64,000 nt of DNA from an uncultured Holophaga sp. (GTDB lineage Bacteria; Acidobacteriota; Holophagae; Holophagales; Holophagaceae): contig OY761614.1 of NCBI GenBank assembly GCA_963664825.1, forward strand, positions 928,001 to 992,000, read 5' to 3'. The position numbers and the translations under genes are program-made. Of the stretch, positions 19,394 through 29,499 are shown piece by piece; within the stretch, counting starts at the first letter, position 1; every line of letters begins with the position of its first letter. Under the pieces are notes generated by a model. That model was not told where the DNA came from. It made no database searches and saw only the letters and a program-made list of their open reading frames with translations.

Positions 19394-19861
19394 AGAACGC
19401 GAAGAGCGCTAAGGAAGCGAAGGCCGCGAATGGGAGCTCGGGAAATGGGCAATGCCTCGGGTCCCTTCCATTGTCCCCGTTCTTCGCGGACTTCGCGTTC
19501 TCTCATGGCGAGCTACCGGGAGGGCACCTTTAGCGAATGACGTCACATCCCAGGTAGGGCTGGAGGGCCTTGGGCACCTGGATGCTGATTTGAGCCTGTC
19601 CATCCTGGCCTTCATTCTTTTCAGCCGGGATGCAGGGAATGAAAGCAGAACGCGAAGAGCGCTAAGGCAGCGAAAGCCGCGAATGGAATTTCTGGGATAG
19701 GAGAATGGCTCAGCCCTGTTCCTGTTGGTCTTTATTTCTTCGCGCTCTTAGCGCCCTTCGCGGACTTCGCGTTCTCTCATGGCGAGCTACCGGGAGGGCA
19801 CCTTTAGCGAATGACGTCACATCCCAGGTAGGGCTGGAGGGCCTTGGGCACCCGAATGCTG
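19394..19861. repeat. Tandem pair of REP-like elements, each adjoining a duplicated serS 3' end
   Basis: 19482-19578 identical to 19756-19852 (97 bp). Left arms agaacgcgaagagcgctaagg... at 19394 and 19647 pair with right arms ...cttcgcgttct; middles differ. Confidence 0.9.
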
Positions 19862-21075
19862 CCATCGGGCTGCTGGTAGTTCTCCAGGATGGCCACCCAG
19901 GTGCGGCCCACGGCCAGGCCGCTGCCGTTGAGGGTGTGGAGGAGCTGGGGCTTGGCCTTGGGCTCGGTTCCCTTGAAGCGGATATTGGCGCGCCGGGCCT
20001 GAAAATCGCCGAACCAGCTGCAGGAGCTGATCTCCCGGTAGGTGTTCTGGCTGGGCAGCCACACTTCCAGGTCATAGGTCTTGCGGCTGGAGAAGCCCAT
20101 ATCGCCCGTGCAGAGCAGCATGCGGCGGTAGGGAAGCTCGAGCGCCTCCAGGATGGCTTCGGCGCATTCCGTCAGATGTTCCAGCTCGGCCTCGGCTTCA
20201 GAAGGGTTGGCGAAGGCCACCAGCTCCACCTTGTGGAACTGGTGCTGGCGGATGATGCCCTTGGTGTCCTTGCCGTAGCTCCCGGCCTCGCTGCGGAAAC
20301 AGGGGGTGAAGGCGCAGTGGCGCAGGGGCAGCTGATCGCCGGGGAGCACCTCGTCCCGGTAGAGGTTCGTCACGGGCACTTCGGCGGTGGGGATGAGGTA
20401 GAGCGCGTCCTCCCCGCGGTGGGTCTTGAAGAGCTCCGCCTCGAACTTGGGCAGTTGGCCCGTGGCGTACATGCTCTCGGGCAGCACCAGGTAGGGCGGC
20501 AGCACTTCCCCCCAGCCCGCTGCGGTCTGGCGATCCAGCATGAAGGAGATGAGGGAGCGCTCCAGCTTGGCCCCCAGGCCCTTGAGCACGGCGAAGCGCG
20601 ATCCGCTGATCTTGGCGGCCCGGTCCAGATCCAGGATGCCGAGCTGCGTGCCCAGTTCGATGTGATCCTTGGGCTTCTCGATGGAAGCGGGATTCCCCCA
20701 GCGCTTGGTCTCCTGATTGGCCCGCTCGTCGCGGCCCACGGGCACGCTGGGGTCCGGCAGATTGGGGATGGTGGCCAGGAAATCCTTGAAGGCGGCCTCG
20801 GCCTCGCGCTCCGCGGCCTCCAGGCAGGACAGTTTCTGTCCCACCTCCCGCTGAGCCTGGATGAGAGGCTCCGCATCCTGCTTGGCGCGTTTGAGCTTGG
20901 CCACTTCGTCGGAAACGCGGTTGCGCTCGGCCTTCAGCACTTCCGCTTCCTGGATCACGCGGCGCCGCTCGGTCTCCAGCCTCAGATAAGTCTCCCGATC
21001 GAAGGCATAGCCCCGGCTGGAGAGACCCTGGAGGGCGGCTTCGAGGTCTTGACGGAGGAGAGCGGGATCGAACAT
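19804..21075 (-). CDS. serS: Serine--tRNA ligase
   Basis: LIPTAEVP, FRSEAGSYG, RQHQFHKVE, REISSCS, HTLNGSGLAVGRT. Confidence 0.98.
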   Translation of the reverse strand: MFDPALLRQDLEAALQGLSSRGYAFDRETYLRLETERRRVIQEAEVLKAERNRVSDEVAKLKRAKQDAEPLIQAQREVGQKLSCLEAAEREAEAAFKDFLATIPNLPDPSVPVGRDERANQETKRWGNPASIEKPKDHIELGTQLGILDLDRAAKISGSRFAVLKGLGAKLERSLISFMLDRQTAAGWGEVLPPYLVLPESMYATGQLPKFEAELFKTHRGEDALYLIPTAEVPVTNLYRDEVLPGDQLPLRHCAFTPCFRSEAGSYGKDTKGIIRQHQFHKVELVAFANPSEAEAELEHLTECAEAILEALELPYRRMLLCTGDMGFSSRKTYDLEVWLPSQNTYREISSCSWFGDFQARRANIRFKGTEPKAKPQLLHTLNGSGLAVGRTWVAILENYQQPDGSIRVPKALQPYLGCDVIR

Positions 21076-21302
21076 GGGAGCCTCTGAAACAATCAGTTTA
21101 CGGCAGAGGACGGAGGATTCGCGCCAACGCAAATGGAAACTGCACAGCATCTTGGGGCAGCCCCCTTGATCAGACCGATTCGTCCGCCCAGGACGCGCCA
21201 AAGGCCTCTCGTGAGAACGCCAACATTTGGCATATCCACGCTCACATCCCAGGTCATTACACACCCAAAAGTATCTAGATTTCCCCTAGGTACGAGCATT
21301 GA

Positions 21303-21875
21303 TCAATTATTGCGCCCAATTAAAAGATCAAAGGCGAAATTCACCCTCCCATATAGCGCAAGAACAACCTCATAGGGTTTATCAAGAGGGTTTGTTATCG
21401 CAATTCTACGGGACCGCAAGCTCTTCGGGGCTAGGTTGGCCCTCCGAATTGCCGAGGCTACCTCATCTGCCGTTGGCGTCTTGACGAACTGCATCCACAC
21501 TTTGTCGGTGGATTCACATTGCAGTTCGAGTTTCAGACATTCTTTCGGAGCAAGTTTGAAAACATAATAATTTGAGCCATTCGGGAGTTCTGACTGTAGA
21601 TCGGACATCCGATCATTCCCCTGCGGCGATATATTCATGTTACCGAGCAGCCCCGTGTTTCTCGCTGCCAATCCGCTGTTCTGAGAGGCCTGAAGGGCCG
21701 AAGTCAAACGAAGACCTTTTTCGTGAATGAGGCGAATGGCCCCATCCACAAAAACCAGCTGACGCCCCCCAGAGGGAGAGCCAGAACGAGAAGGTCCCAG
21801 TTCGCCCTGTCCAAAAAACGGTATATAGACTAATCCCAGAACAAAACAAGAAATGGGCATTTTGAAACAATTCAT
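21303..21875 (-). CDS. Hypothetical secreted protein, paralog of 28105-28665
   Basis: Hydrophobic N-terminus; shares PNG..Y.F.L.P.E, KV.M.F, I.R.N.AP..LR..R, LYG.V motifs with 28105-28665. Confidence 0.75.
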   Translation of the reverse strand: MNCFKMPISCFVLGLVYIPFFGQGELGPSRSGSPSGGRQLVFVDGAIRLIHEKGLRLTSALQASQNSGLAARNTGLLGNMNISPQGNDRMSDLQSELPNGSNYYVFKLAPKECLKLELQCESTDKVWMQFVKTPTADEVASAIRRANLAPKSLRSRRIAITNPLDKPYEVVLALYGRVNFAFDLLIGRNN

Positions 21876-21912
21876 ACAATCCCCATAGTAAAATCCCCTT
21901 CTATCAAAAAGA

Positions 21913-21941
21913 GAAGGGCCCCCACACTGCGGGGCCCCTTC
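21913..21941 (-). terminator. Intrinsic terminator after OMP
   Basis: gggcccc / ggggccc stem with adjacent A-run on + strand. Confidence 0.6.
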
Positions 21942-21959
21942 CCTTTACTAAGATTAAGA

Positions 21960-22529
21960 TCAGAAGTGGAACTTGGCACCTACCTGGAGCCAGGAAGGAT
22001 TATAGTTCTGGCTGGCGTTTCCGTTAACACCCATCTCCACGACCTGCAGCATGGCATGGGCGGAAAAACTCTTGTTAATGGCGTATTCGAGTCCAATACG
22101 GCCACCGATCTTCATACCCTTGACGGTCTCCGTGGTCGTGACTGTGGGGGCTGTTGTTTTCATCCGCCATTTGTTCACAGAGACGCCGGTCACGATGCTA
22201 AGGCCTTTATACCCTGTGTTGATGAACAGGTCTCCGGCCAATTGGTAATCATCGAGACGCACCTTGTTCCCATCCGAATTGGGATCACCGGCGGGAAAGA
22301 TATTCGCCCCTAGGCTCACCCGAAAGGGAACCGCGGAATCCATAACATGGCCATTATAGCCGAAATCCACACAGGCACCCGCCACGCTGCTGTGGTTGGT
22401 GATGTTCTGCAGGGTATTCAGCGACCAGGGAAGCGCGATTCCCACATCGAAGGTCTTGACATCCTGGGCGGACAGCCCTCCCGAAAGGAGTGTCGCCAAC
22501 CCGATCATCATCAGTTTACTTTTTTTCAT
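21960..22529 (-). CDS. Small outer-membrane beta-barrel protein
   Basis: Signal peptide, amphipathic strands, C-terminal PSWLQVGAKFHF; paralog of 28866-29465. Confidence 0.85.
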   Translation of the reverse strand: MKKSKLMMIGLATLLSGGLSAQDVKTFDVGIALPWSLNTLQNITNHSSVAGACVDFGYNGHVMDSAVPFRVSLGANIFPAGDPNSDGNKVRLDDYQLAGDLFINTGYKGLSIVTGVSVNKWRMKTTAPTVTTTETVKGMKIGGRIGLEYAINKSFSAHAMLQVVEMGVNGNASQNYNPSWLQVGAKFHF

Positions 22530-22547
22530 ATTATCTCCCGGATTGGC

Positions 22548-25500
22548 TTAGAACTTGAGGCCCAGGCTCGTGCCCACCGAACGCCCGTAATTCCAAAAAT
22601 TAGCGATCTTATTATCCGCAGTCATTTGGCTTGGGTTCAGCATCATGTTAAGGTTCCCGGAACCATTGGCTGCCGTCGTAATGTTATAGGTCCCCTGCAG
22701 CTGGGTATTGAAGAGGTTGTTTACAGATACATCCCCTATCAGCTGGAGACGCTTGAAGCCCAAGGGAATCATCCAGTTGAGTTTGAAGTCCACCTGGTAG
22801 GTGTCGTTATAGGTGTAGGCACCGCGATCGCTGTAGAACTGCGCATAGGTGGTGGGATAGGCGGGAATCCCGACACCCTGATACTTTCCACCCGCGTAGG
22901 GGGCCCCAGTGGCCGTAAGGTTAGCCAAACCCGTATTCTTGTAATCAGTCAGGGACCAATTGTTGCCACTGTCATAGCGCAGTAGCCAACTGAAGGAGAC
23001 CTGACCCTTGCCTACGGGCACGACAGCCGTGGCCGCAACCCGGGCCCTGTGGGTCTGATCCATAAGCAGAGGGCCCGTGGGGGCGAAATCGTTGGTCGAA
23101 AGCCCTAACCCGGTATAAGTCCCATTGGTTCCGGTGAGCCATGCGCTGTTGCCGTAATACCCGGGTACACCGTTATCACGGAAGGAAGAGGTGCTATCCC
23201 CACCATTGTTATTGCCGATCAGTCGGCTATATGTGTAGTTGCCGGAGATCGTCCAAATCGAGTTCACACGCTTCAGCCATTCCATCTCCAGCGCATGGTA
23301 GCGCCGGGTCAGATCGTCCGAATTGAAGACGTAGGTCTTCTGGACCCAGGCTGGATTGAGATGCGTCACGGGATTGGCAATCTGGATCCAGTTCGCAGGA
23401 TCGTAGTCCTGCTTGAAGGCCCAGTTGGCCTTGTAATCGCGGTTCACATAGGTAAGACGCACGAAGGAACCATCGTTGAAATTGCGGCGATAGGTCAGGG
23501 TGAGCTCATCCACATGGGGGGCCTTGAGCTTGCCCTGCATCACATAGGATTTCGACGCATCACCATAGGAAAAGGCGTTATTGACACCTGCCACCGCCTG
23601 CCCATAGTTGGCGGGGTCTGTCAGCTGGGCATAGGTAAGCCAGCGGAGACCAAGGGCGGGGTCCGTAGCCGTGCCGGGAGCCGGCTGACCGGCAATGCCG
23701 CTAAAGCCGTACTGGACGTAGGAGCTATCAGCCTTCTTGATGAAGGCATCCGTGAAGCCCGTGTAGAAATCGCCACCATAGCGGGCCGCCGTCGCCGTCA
23801 GAATATGTTTGTTATCGCCGAAGGCATCAAAGACAACTTGAAGACGAGGTGAGAAATCTGAGCTGGTAGTGAGGGTCGCACCATCCGTATCCTGGATCGA
23901 CATGTGATCCCAGCGGAGGCCCATCATTACATTCCAGTTCTTATTTATGGTCCATTGATCGTTGGCATAGCCACTGGTGGTGGTGTTCTTGGTGATGCCG
24001 TCATGGCCCGCATACTGGATCATCATAGGGGCAAGGCCCGAGTTTCCAGATCCGCTCTGCCCGTTGATGCCCTTACCCATCCAGATGATGGAAGGAAAGA
24101 GATAATCGTCCGTGGTGGGATTGTAGACAGCGCCGCCGGCCCTGAAGGTTGCATTCCCAGGTCCCTGTTCGCGGGAAGTGCCGCGATCCGACTGGTAGTA
24201 TTCCATGCCGAGATCAATCTCATGGCTACCCGCCAATTCTCGGTACATCTTCAGATTGGCACTGGCATTGGTGTGGTTGCGGGTATCAGGCGTGGTGGAG
24301 ATGCCGAAACCAAAGGGATATCCTACATTCGTCCAATTGTGATTGGCCGTGTTATAGGGAGTCTGATCTGTATCCATCCAGATGCTGACCTGCTTGTTCC
24401 GAGTCGGGTCCCCAGTCGGGAAGGTCGTGGTGGATTCGAAACGGGCGTACTTCGCATCAAGGAAGGTGGTGCTGCTGAGGATGCCCCTGTAGTTGGCAGA
24501 CCAAGAAGTCTTCTTCGACTCCTGGGTGCCCAGCATGGCAAGGCGGCGAACGGTGTAGTTGAATCCGCTCGTTGAGTCCCCATAGGGATCCCGATTATTG
24601 GTCGTCACCTTGTCGGAGGACATGGAAAATTCGAGCGTATGATCCTGCGTGATAGCGCCTGTGAGCTTACCTTCGTAGTAGGACTCGTCCTGAGTCTTGT
24701 TGTAGAACTTATTTTCATCAAACAGCGTGAGCGCATACCCGCTGGGTGGCGTCTGGAGCTGGCTGTCGATTCCAGCGATACCCGAGCGCTCGATCCACTT
24801 GGCGCTGGGTCCGGCAGTCCCAAGGCTATACACATTCGAATTCTTGGGAGACAAGTTCGTGCCAAGGGAGAACCAGAGCCGGTCCTTGACGATTGGACCC
24901 GAGAGCGTGACCTGGAATTCCCGATTGAGGGTATCGTTAGTCTCGTTGACTGCGCCCTGGGTGCCACGTCCAGCCGCACCCCAGGAGGGGCGACTCAGAG
25001 TGGAGCGGATGGAACCCGCGAAGTCATTGCCGCCGCTCTTAGTCACCACGTTAACCTGGCCACCGAGAGCCCGACCATTGCGGGCATTCAGGGGGGAGGT
25101 AATAACCTGGATGTCCTCGATGTTGTCTTCAATGACCACACGGCCTACCTGGGCACCCTGGTAGTCATCCTTGACATCCACGCCGTTGACCCGATACAGC
25201 GTGTCCTGGGTGGACCCGCCACGCACCGTGAACTGGCCGTTGGCACCAGTGGCGACACCCGGGGCCATGTCGGCGGCACCCGTAAAGCTGCGATCGATAC
25301 CGGGAAGGACCGCCATCTGTTCGGCAGAGAAGTTCGTCGCCGTCTTGGTATCGCTCTTATCCTGGATTTCAGAATTGGCAACAACTTCCACGGTCGCCGT
25401 GGCCGTTGTCACGGCCTTCAAGATCAGATCCTGGCGTCCAGCACTACCGAGGCCCACGCGAACGTTATCAACGCCTGCGGAGATGAAACCGGTCCGGTTA

Positions 25501-25751
25501 GCCACAATCCTGTAGTTCCCGACGGGAAGCATCGCAACCCGCCACTCGCCTTTCGCCCCTGTCGTCAGGGTGCGGGGAGCGAAAAGCGCAGGAGAGCTGA
25601 GGATGACCTGAACACCCGCAAGAGGGGCGCCATTGGCATCCTTGACAGCGCCAGTCAGAGTGCCGGTCGAAACCTGAGCGAAAAGCGCGGAGCCCGCAGC
25701 GAGAGTCATCGCCACGCTGCCAAACCGCGTCATGCCCGTGCAAAATTTCAT
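22548..25751 (-). CDS. Oar-like TonB-dependent transporter with N-terminal carboxypeptidase-regulatory-like domain
   Basis: GTLTGAVKDANGAPLAG, VRGG, GGQVNVVTKSGGN, FSPRL, C-terminal LGLKF; 1067 aa. Confidence 0.9.
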   Translation of the reverse strand: MKFCTGMTRFGSVAMTLAAGSALFAQVSTGTLTGAVKDANGAPLAGVQVILSSPALFAPRTLTTGAKGEWRVAMLPVGNYRIVANRTGFISAGVDNVRVGLGSAGRQDLILKAVTTATATVEVVANSEIQDKSDTKTATNFSAEQMAVLPGIDRSFTGAADMAPGVATGANGQFTVRGGSTQDTLYRVNGVDVKDDYQGAQVGRVVIEDNIEDIQVITSPLNARNGRALGGQVNVVTKSGGNDFAGSIRSTLSRPSWGAAGRGTQGAVNETNDTLNREFQVTLSGPIVKDRLWFSLGTNLSPKNSNVYSLGTAGPSAKWIERSGIAGIDSQLQTPPSGYALTLFDENKFYNKTQDESYYEGKLTGAITQDHTLEFSMSSDKVTTNNRDPYGDSTSGFNYTVRRLAMLGTQESKKTSWSANYRGILSSTTFLDAKYARFESTTTFPTGDPTRNKQVSIWMDTDQTPYNTANHNWTNVGYPFGFGISTTPDTRNHTNASANLKMYRELAGSHEIDLGMEYYQSDRGTSREQGPGNATFRAGGAVYNPTTDDYLFPSIIWMGKGINGQSGSGNSGLAPMMIQYAGHDGITKNTTTSGYANDQWTINKNWNVMMGLRWDHMSIQDTDGATLTTSSDFSPRLQVVFDAFGDNKHILTATAARYGGDFYTGFTDAFIKKADSSYVQYGFSGIAGQPAPGTATDPALGLRWLTYAQLTDPANYGQAVAGVNNAFSYGDASKSYVMQGKLKAPHVDELTLTYRRNFNDGSFVRLTYVNRDYKANWAFKQDYDPANWIQIANPVTHLNPAWVQKTYVFNSDDLTRRYHALEMEWLKRVNSIWTISGNYTYSRLIGNNNGGDSTSSFRDNGVPGYYGNSAWLTGTNGTYTGLGLSTNDFAPTGPLLMDQTHRARVAATAVVPVGKGQVSFSWLLRYDSGNNWSLTDYKNTGLANLTATGAPYAGGKYQGVGIPAYPTTYAQFYSDRGAYTYNDTYQVDFKLNWMIPLGFKRLQLIGDVSVNNLFNTQLQGTYNITTAANGSGNLNMMLNPSQMTADNKIANFWNYGRSVGTSLGLKF

Positions 25752-25783
25752 ATTTTCCTCCAGTTACCAATAATTTCGGTGGC

Positions 25784-26566
25784 TCAGAAGTGGAAAGCGT
25801 ACGCGACCTCGAGGTGGAGACGGTTCCGGCTCTTTTCCGTAAGGTAATCCAGAGAGACATTGTTCCCATATTGGCTAATAGACGTGTCTGCCGGAACCGT
25901 GCCCGCAACGTGGATATAGTTGATGGATTTGTAGCTCACGGAGATGAGGTTCAGCTCAAGGGATGAGTTCTTATCGATCAGATAGGAAACCCCCACAAAG
26001 GGACTGATCGCCAGTGTCGACTTCTTGGGTGTACCATAATAGGTATCCAAGAAATCTACACTTCCATCGGGGATGCTGGCATAGCCACCGTAGGTCTGTC
26101 CGAGGACCTCGTGGGTGAACTTGGCCCCACCCACCTGGACACCAATCTGTGCAGAGAAAGGTGAGCCCAGAATGGGCATCGTCTCGAAGGCAAAGCGTCC
26201 GGTGACGCCTTCCAACTTATTCTTGCGACTATCTACGGAGCCAAAACGGGACTCTGTACCCGTCGGAGCCTGAATGACGACATCGGAGGAGACAGGGACC
26301 ACACTGCTCATGTCATTCATATACTGGTTGCCTGGTTTGTACTGGTACCCAAGCTCAGCCGAGATGCGTCCGAAGCTGAAGGTATACCCAAGATCCACAC
26401 CAAATCCAAAGATCCGATTGGCGAGGTGGTCGGGGTTGGAGCTCAATTCAAGGCCCGTCCGCACTTTCAGCCGGGAATCCAGGCCAGTGTCCTGAGCTGA
26501 AGCAACGCCGACACCCAAGGCAAGGGCCAACGCGATACGACCCCAGTTGTTGAACGTAAATTTCAT
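25784..26566 (-). CDS. Outer-membrane beta-barrel protein
   Basis: Signal peptide, AELGYQY, VDSRKN, SPFVGV, LELN, terminal AFHF; paralog of 32693-33349. Confidence 0.85.
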   Translation of the reverse strand: MKFTFNNWGRIALALALGVGVASAQDTGLDSRLKVRTGLELSSNPDHLANRIFGFGVDLGYTFSFGRISAELGYQYKPGNQYMNDMSSVVPVSSDVVIQAPTGTESRFGSVDSRKNKLEGVTGRFAFETMPILGSPFSAQIGVQVGGAKFTHEVLGQTYGGYASIPDGSVDFLDTYYGTPKKSTLAISPFVGVSYLIDKNSSLELNLISVSYKSINYIHVAGTVPADTSISQYGNNVSLDYLTEKSRNRLHLEVAYAFHF

Positions 26567-26959
26567 AGGGAGTCTCCCAAAGGAAAACCAAAAAGTTCAA
26601 CCGGAATGGCGGAACCTTGGTCGGTTGAAACGCATGTGCTCAGGCAGAAGAGGAGGTGGAGGTGCTCGACACAAAACAGGCAGCACGACTTGAGGTAGCT
26701 AGCATGATTTAGATTTATGATCGAAGTCCCAACCAGGGTCAAGACATTTTTGTGACCGTTTTTTGTCGACGTTACAGCCCCTAGGCAGGGATGGATACTC
26801 CCCCTTGCCCTTTCAGGCCAGATCCGACGCAGGATCCTATTCCAGATTATACCCAAAACCATCCTCAGGCCCCAGGGATGGCAGCATTAAGTATCCAAAA
26901 CAGAATCACATGCGGGGTCCTGCCCGACGAGCCCCTGTTGCTTTGCTAGATCATTTCAA

Positions 26960-27949
26960 TCAGGTGGACATGGGTTCGCCAGCCCATGATGTGTCGAAAG
27001 CAGCCCTAATTCGGGAGGAATCCCAGCCCATGCCCAGGACCAGTCCCAGCTTGGCCAGGGCCGCCCACCGCGTATGCAGGCCTCCCCCGATGGCACCCTC
27101 GCCAGCGGCCTGGGCTCCCAGTTCGTAGGTCTCCAGATCCACGCCACCCCAGAGGCACTGGGTAGTGACCACCATGGGCAGCTCCCGCTCCCGGCCGAAA
27201 CGGAACAGCGCCTGGAGATCCGGCCGCCCCATGGGCAGATTGCCCGCCCCATAGGCCTCGATCAACACGCCCCGGGTGCCCTCGGCAGGCAGGGGCCAGG
27301 TCATGCCCGGAAAGGGCGTATAGACGGCCAGCTCCGAGGCGAAGGCGGTTCCCAGCCCCGGGGGGGTCCGCGGGGTGAAGGCCCCCGCATGGGCATGGAA
27401 GCGCACATGGAGGCCCAGCTCCGCCAAGGGGGGCAGATTGGGCGAATCGAAGGCCCCGTAGCGGTCCACGCTCAGCTTATCGGAGGCCACGCCGCGGTAC
27501 CAGTGATCCCCGAAGCAGATGCCGATTTCCGCGACGCCCTTGGTGGCCAGCGTCACGGCGTCCACCAGATTGCTGCGGGCATCGCTGCGCACATAGGCCA
27601 GGGGCCGCTGGGAGCCCGTGAGCACCACGGGCTTGCCCAGATCGGCCAGCAGGAAACCCAGCATGGAAGCCGTAAAAGCCATGGTGTCCGTGCCGTGGAC
27701 CAGCACCACCCCATCGCATTCCTTGGATTCCGCGCGAATGAGGCGGGCCAACTGGAGGATATCCCCGGGCTCGTTGATGGAGGAATCCTGGTTGAAGGCC
27801 ACCACCAGCTTCAGATCGGCCAATTGCCGCAGTTCCGGCACCTGTTCCAGGATCAGTTCGAGGGAGGGCCCGGGGGCCAGCGAAGAGGGCTCTCCCGAGG
27901 GCGCCATGCCCAGGGTGCCGCCGGTATGGAGGAGAAGAATGGTCGACAT
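26960..27949 (-). CDS. ansA: Type I (cytoplasmic) L-asparaginase
   Basis: HTGGTLGM, HGTDTM, LTGSQRPL, FDSPN, YGAGN; no signal peptide. Confidence 0.88.
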   Translation of the reverse strand: MSTILLLHTGGTLGMAPSGEPSSLAPGPSLELILEQVPELRQLADLKLVVAFNQDSSINEPGDILQLARLIRAESKECDGVVLVHGTDTMAFTASMLGFLLADLGKPVVLTGSQRPLAYVRSDARSNLVDAVTLATKGVAEIGICFGDHWYRGVASDKLSVDRYGAFDSPNLPPLAELGLHVRFHAHAGAFTPRTPPGLGTAFASELAVYTPFPGMTWPLPAEGTRGVLIEAYGAGNLPMGRPDLQALFRFGRERELPMVVTTQCLWGGVDLETYELGAQAAGEGAIGGGLHTRWAALAKLGLVLGMGWDSSRIRAAFDTSWAGEPMST

Positions 27950-28104
27950 ACATCCATTCTAGCTCTCCATAAAGCCCATGGCGAATCTGCCCCATTCATT
28001 GGGCCAGGAGTGAAGGATGTAATTGGTCTCAAACGAATCGGAATAGTTTATTGCACCCTCCGGGCTTTCCAAGGCAATCAACTCCGCGACCGCGAGTCCA
28101 CTAA

Positions 28105-28665
28105 CTATTTGGTTGTCTTGTGCCTTTCAATCTTGAGTGCATACGGGTAACCGACCTCTCCATAGAGCAGGAGAATCATGTGGAAGGGTTCGGATAGCAC
28201 GTTTTCAAGCTCAACCCGATGGGCACGAAGAGGACGAGGCGCTCTGTTAACCCGCTGGATCATGGATGTCATGGCGTTGGGCTGCAGGGGTTCCACGAAC
28301 CGCATCAACACCTTTCCCGGATTGTCTCCTGATTTTGTGATCAGCACCCTTTCTCCAGGCTGAAGGAGGAAGCCGTAGAGCGCAGTTCCATTTGGCTGCT
28401 CAGTTTTGTCCGCTTTTTCCTGAAGAAGCCCTCCTAAGTCAGTCCCACGATTTGCGAAACCCTGGGATACGGATAGCGCTCCCCCGCTGGCGCTTGAGGC
28501 CACCGCATTGTTGTGGAGGAGTGAGCGTTCACGAATGACCGTCACCGTCTCTTCAACCGGCGTCACCTCCATGGCGGCATTCTTCGGTTCACCTGCCAAG
28601 AGGCCAATACCCGCCAAGATGATGAGGCCCCAGACATTGGGCTGCCAGAGCCGACTCGCATGCAT
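28105..28665 (-). CDS. Hypothetical secreted protein, paralog of 21303-21875
   Basis: Hydrophobic N-terminus; shared motifs with 21303-21875; same position in the module. Confidence 0.75.
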   Translation of the reverse strand: MHASRLWQPNVWGLIILAGIGLLAGEPKNAAMEVTPVEETVTVIRERSLLHNNAVASSASGGALSVSQGFANRGTDLGGLLQEKADKTEQPNGTALYGFLLQPGERVLITKSGDNPGKVLMRFVEPLQPNAMTSMIQRVNRAPRPLRAHRVELENVLSEPFHMILLLYGEVGYPYALKIERHKTTK

Positions 28666-28821
28666 AAATGCTCCACCACAAGTGACGACCCAAAGAATAT
28701 CACATCACACAAATAAATAATACATTCACTCAGATATCAAAAAAATATGCGCCATAAACCTTGCCGGCTCCACACGCAAGGCATAGATGAAAATAATCCC
28801 CATAATCCAAGCCAGAAGCCC

Positions 28822-28847
28822 AAAAAGGGGCCTCCGAAGAGGCCCCT
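28822..28847 (-). terminator. Intrinsic terminator
   Basis: aaaaaggggcctc-cgaa-gaggcccct; UUCG loop and U-tract on the minus strand. Confidence 0.85.
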
Positions 28848-28865
28848 CTCAGCGCTAGCGCTGGA

Positions 28866-29465
28866 TCAGAAATGGTACTTCACACCAGCCTGAATCCAAG
28901 TAGGATTGATGTTCTTCCAGTTCACATCGGCCGTGGGGCTACCGAATTCCACCATCTGGAGGAGGACTTCAGCCGTCCACTTCTCGGTGATCTTGACATC
29001 CAAGCCACCCCGGAAGCCAAACTTCAGTTTATTGGGAGCCTTGCTGCCATCCAGGCCCCAGGGGTTCTCGCCCGTGCCGGTTGCGGGGCTGGCGAGGTAG
29101 CGCCAGAGGTTAAGGGAAATACCCGTCACCAAGTGGAGCCGATCGATACCCGTTGGCACAATCAGATCCGTGGAGATCTGGAGATTCGTGAGGCTCGTCT
29201 TCGACCCATCGGCAACCACCTTGCCCGGCAACCACGTGACGCCGAAGGCAGGACGGAATCCAATATTGGTGTCCGCAATGGTGCGATCGAGGCCAATGTT
29301 CAGGTTCACGCCATAGGTCTTGCCCGTGACCTTTTTCAGCGAATCATTGGCAACCGTGACGGCGCCGCCGACAAACATCCCCTGGACATCCTCTGCCCTA
29401 AGGGAGGGTAGGGCGACCAGAGTCGCTGCTGCAGCGATCCAGAGCGTTTTCAGTTTACTGTTCAT
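28866..29465 (-). CDS. Small outer-membrane beta-barrel protein
   Basis: Signal peptide; C-terminal NPTWIQAGVKYHF; paralog of 21960-22529. Confidence 0.85.
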   Translation of the reverse strand: MNSKLKTLWIAAAATLVALPSLRAEDVQGMFVGGAVTVANDSLKKVTGKTYGVNLNIGLDRTIADTNIGFRPAFGVTWLPGKVVADGSKTSLTNLQISTDLIVPTGIDRLHLVTGISLNLWRYLASPATGTGENPWGLDGSKAPNKLKFGFRGGLDVKITEKWTAEVLLQMVEFGSPTADVNWKNINPTWIQAGVKYHF

Positions 29466-29499
29466 GCTAATAGCTCCTTATATTCTGCGTTCAGGCGGT

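Noticed and set aside
19394..19861. CRISPR-like repeat/spacer reading of the serS repeats
   Set aside because: Only two units, irregular lengths, includes coding sequence, and no cas genes in the window.
21242..21254. 13-mer tcacatcccaggt matching the duplicated serS 3' sequence, near the edge of the AT-richer island
   Set aside because: Short, lies upstream of serS rather than at the far end of the island, and no integrase is present; may be chance.
26960..27949. Second gatD candidate
   Set aside because: Lacks the GatD N-terminal domain and GatD-specific motifs; ordinary type I asparaginase.
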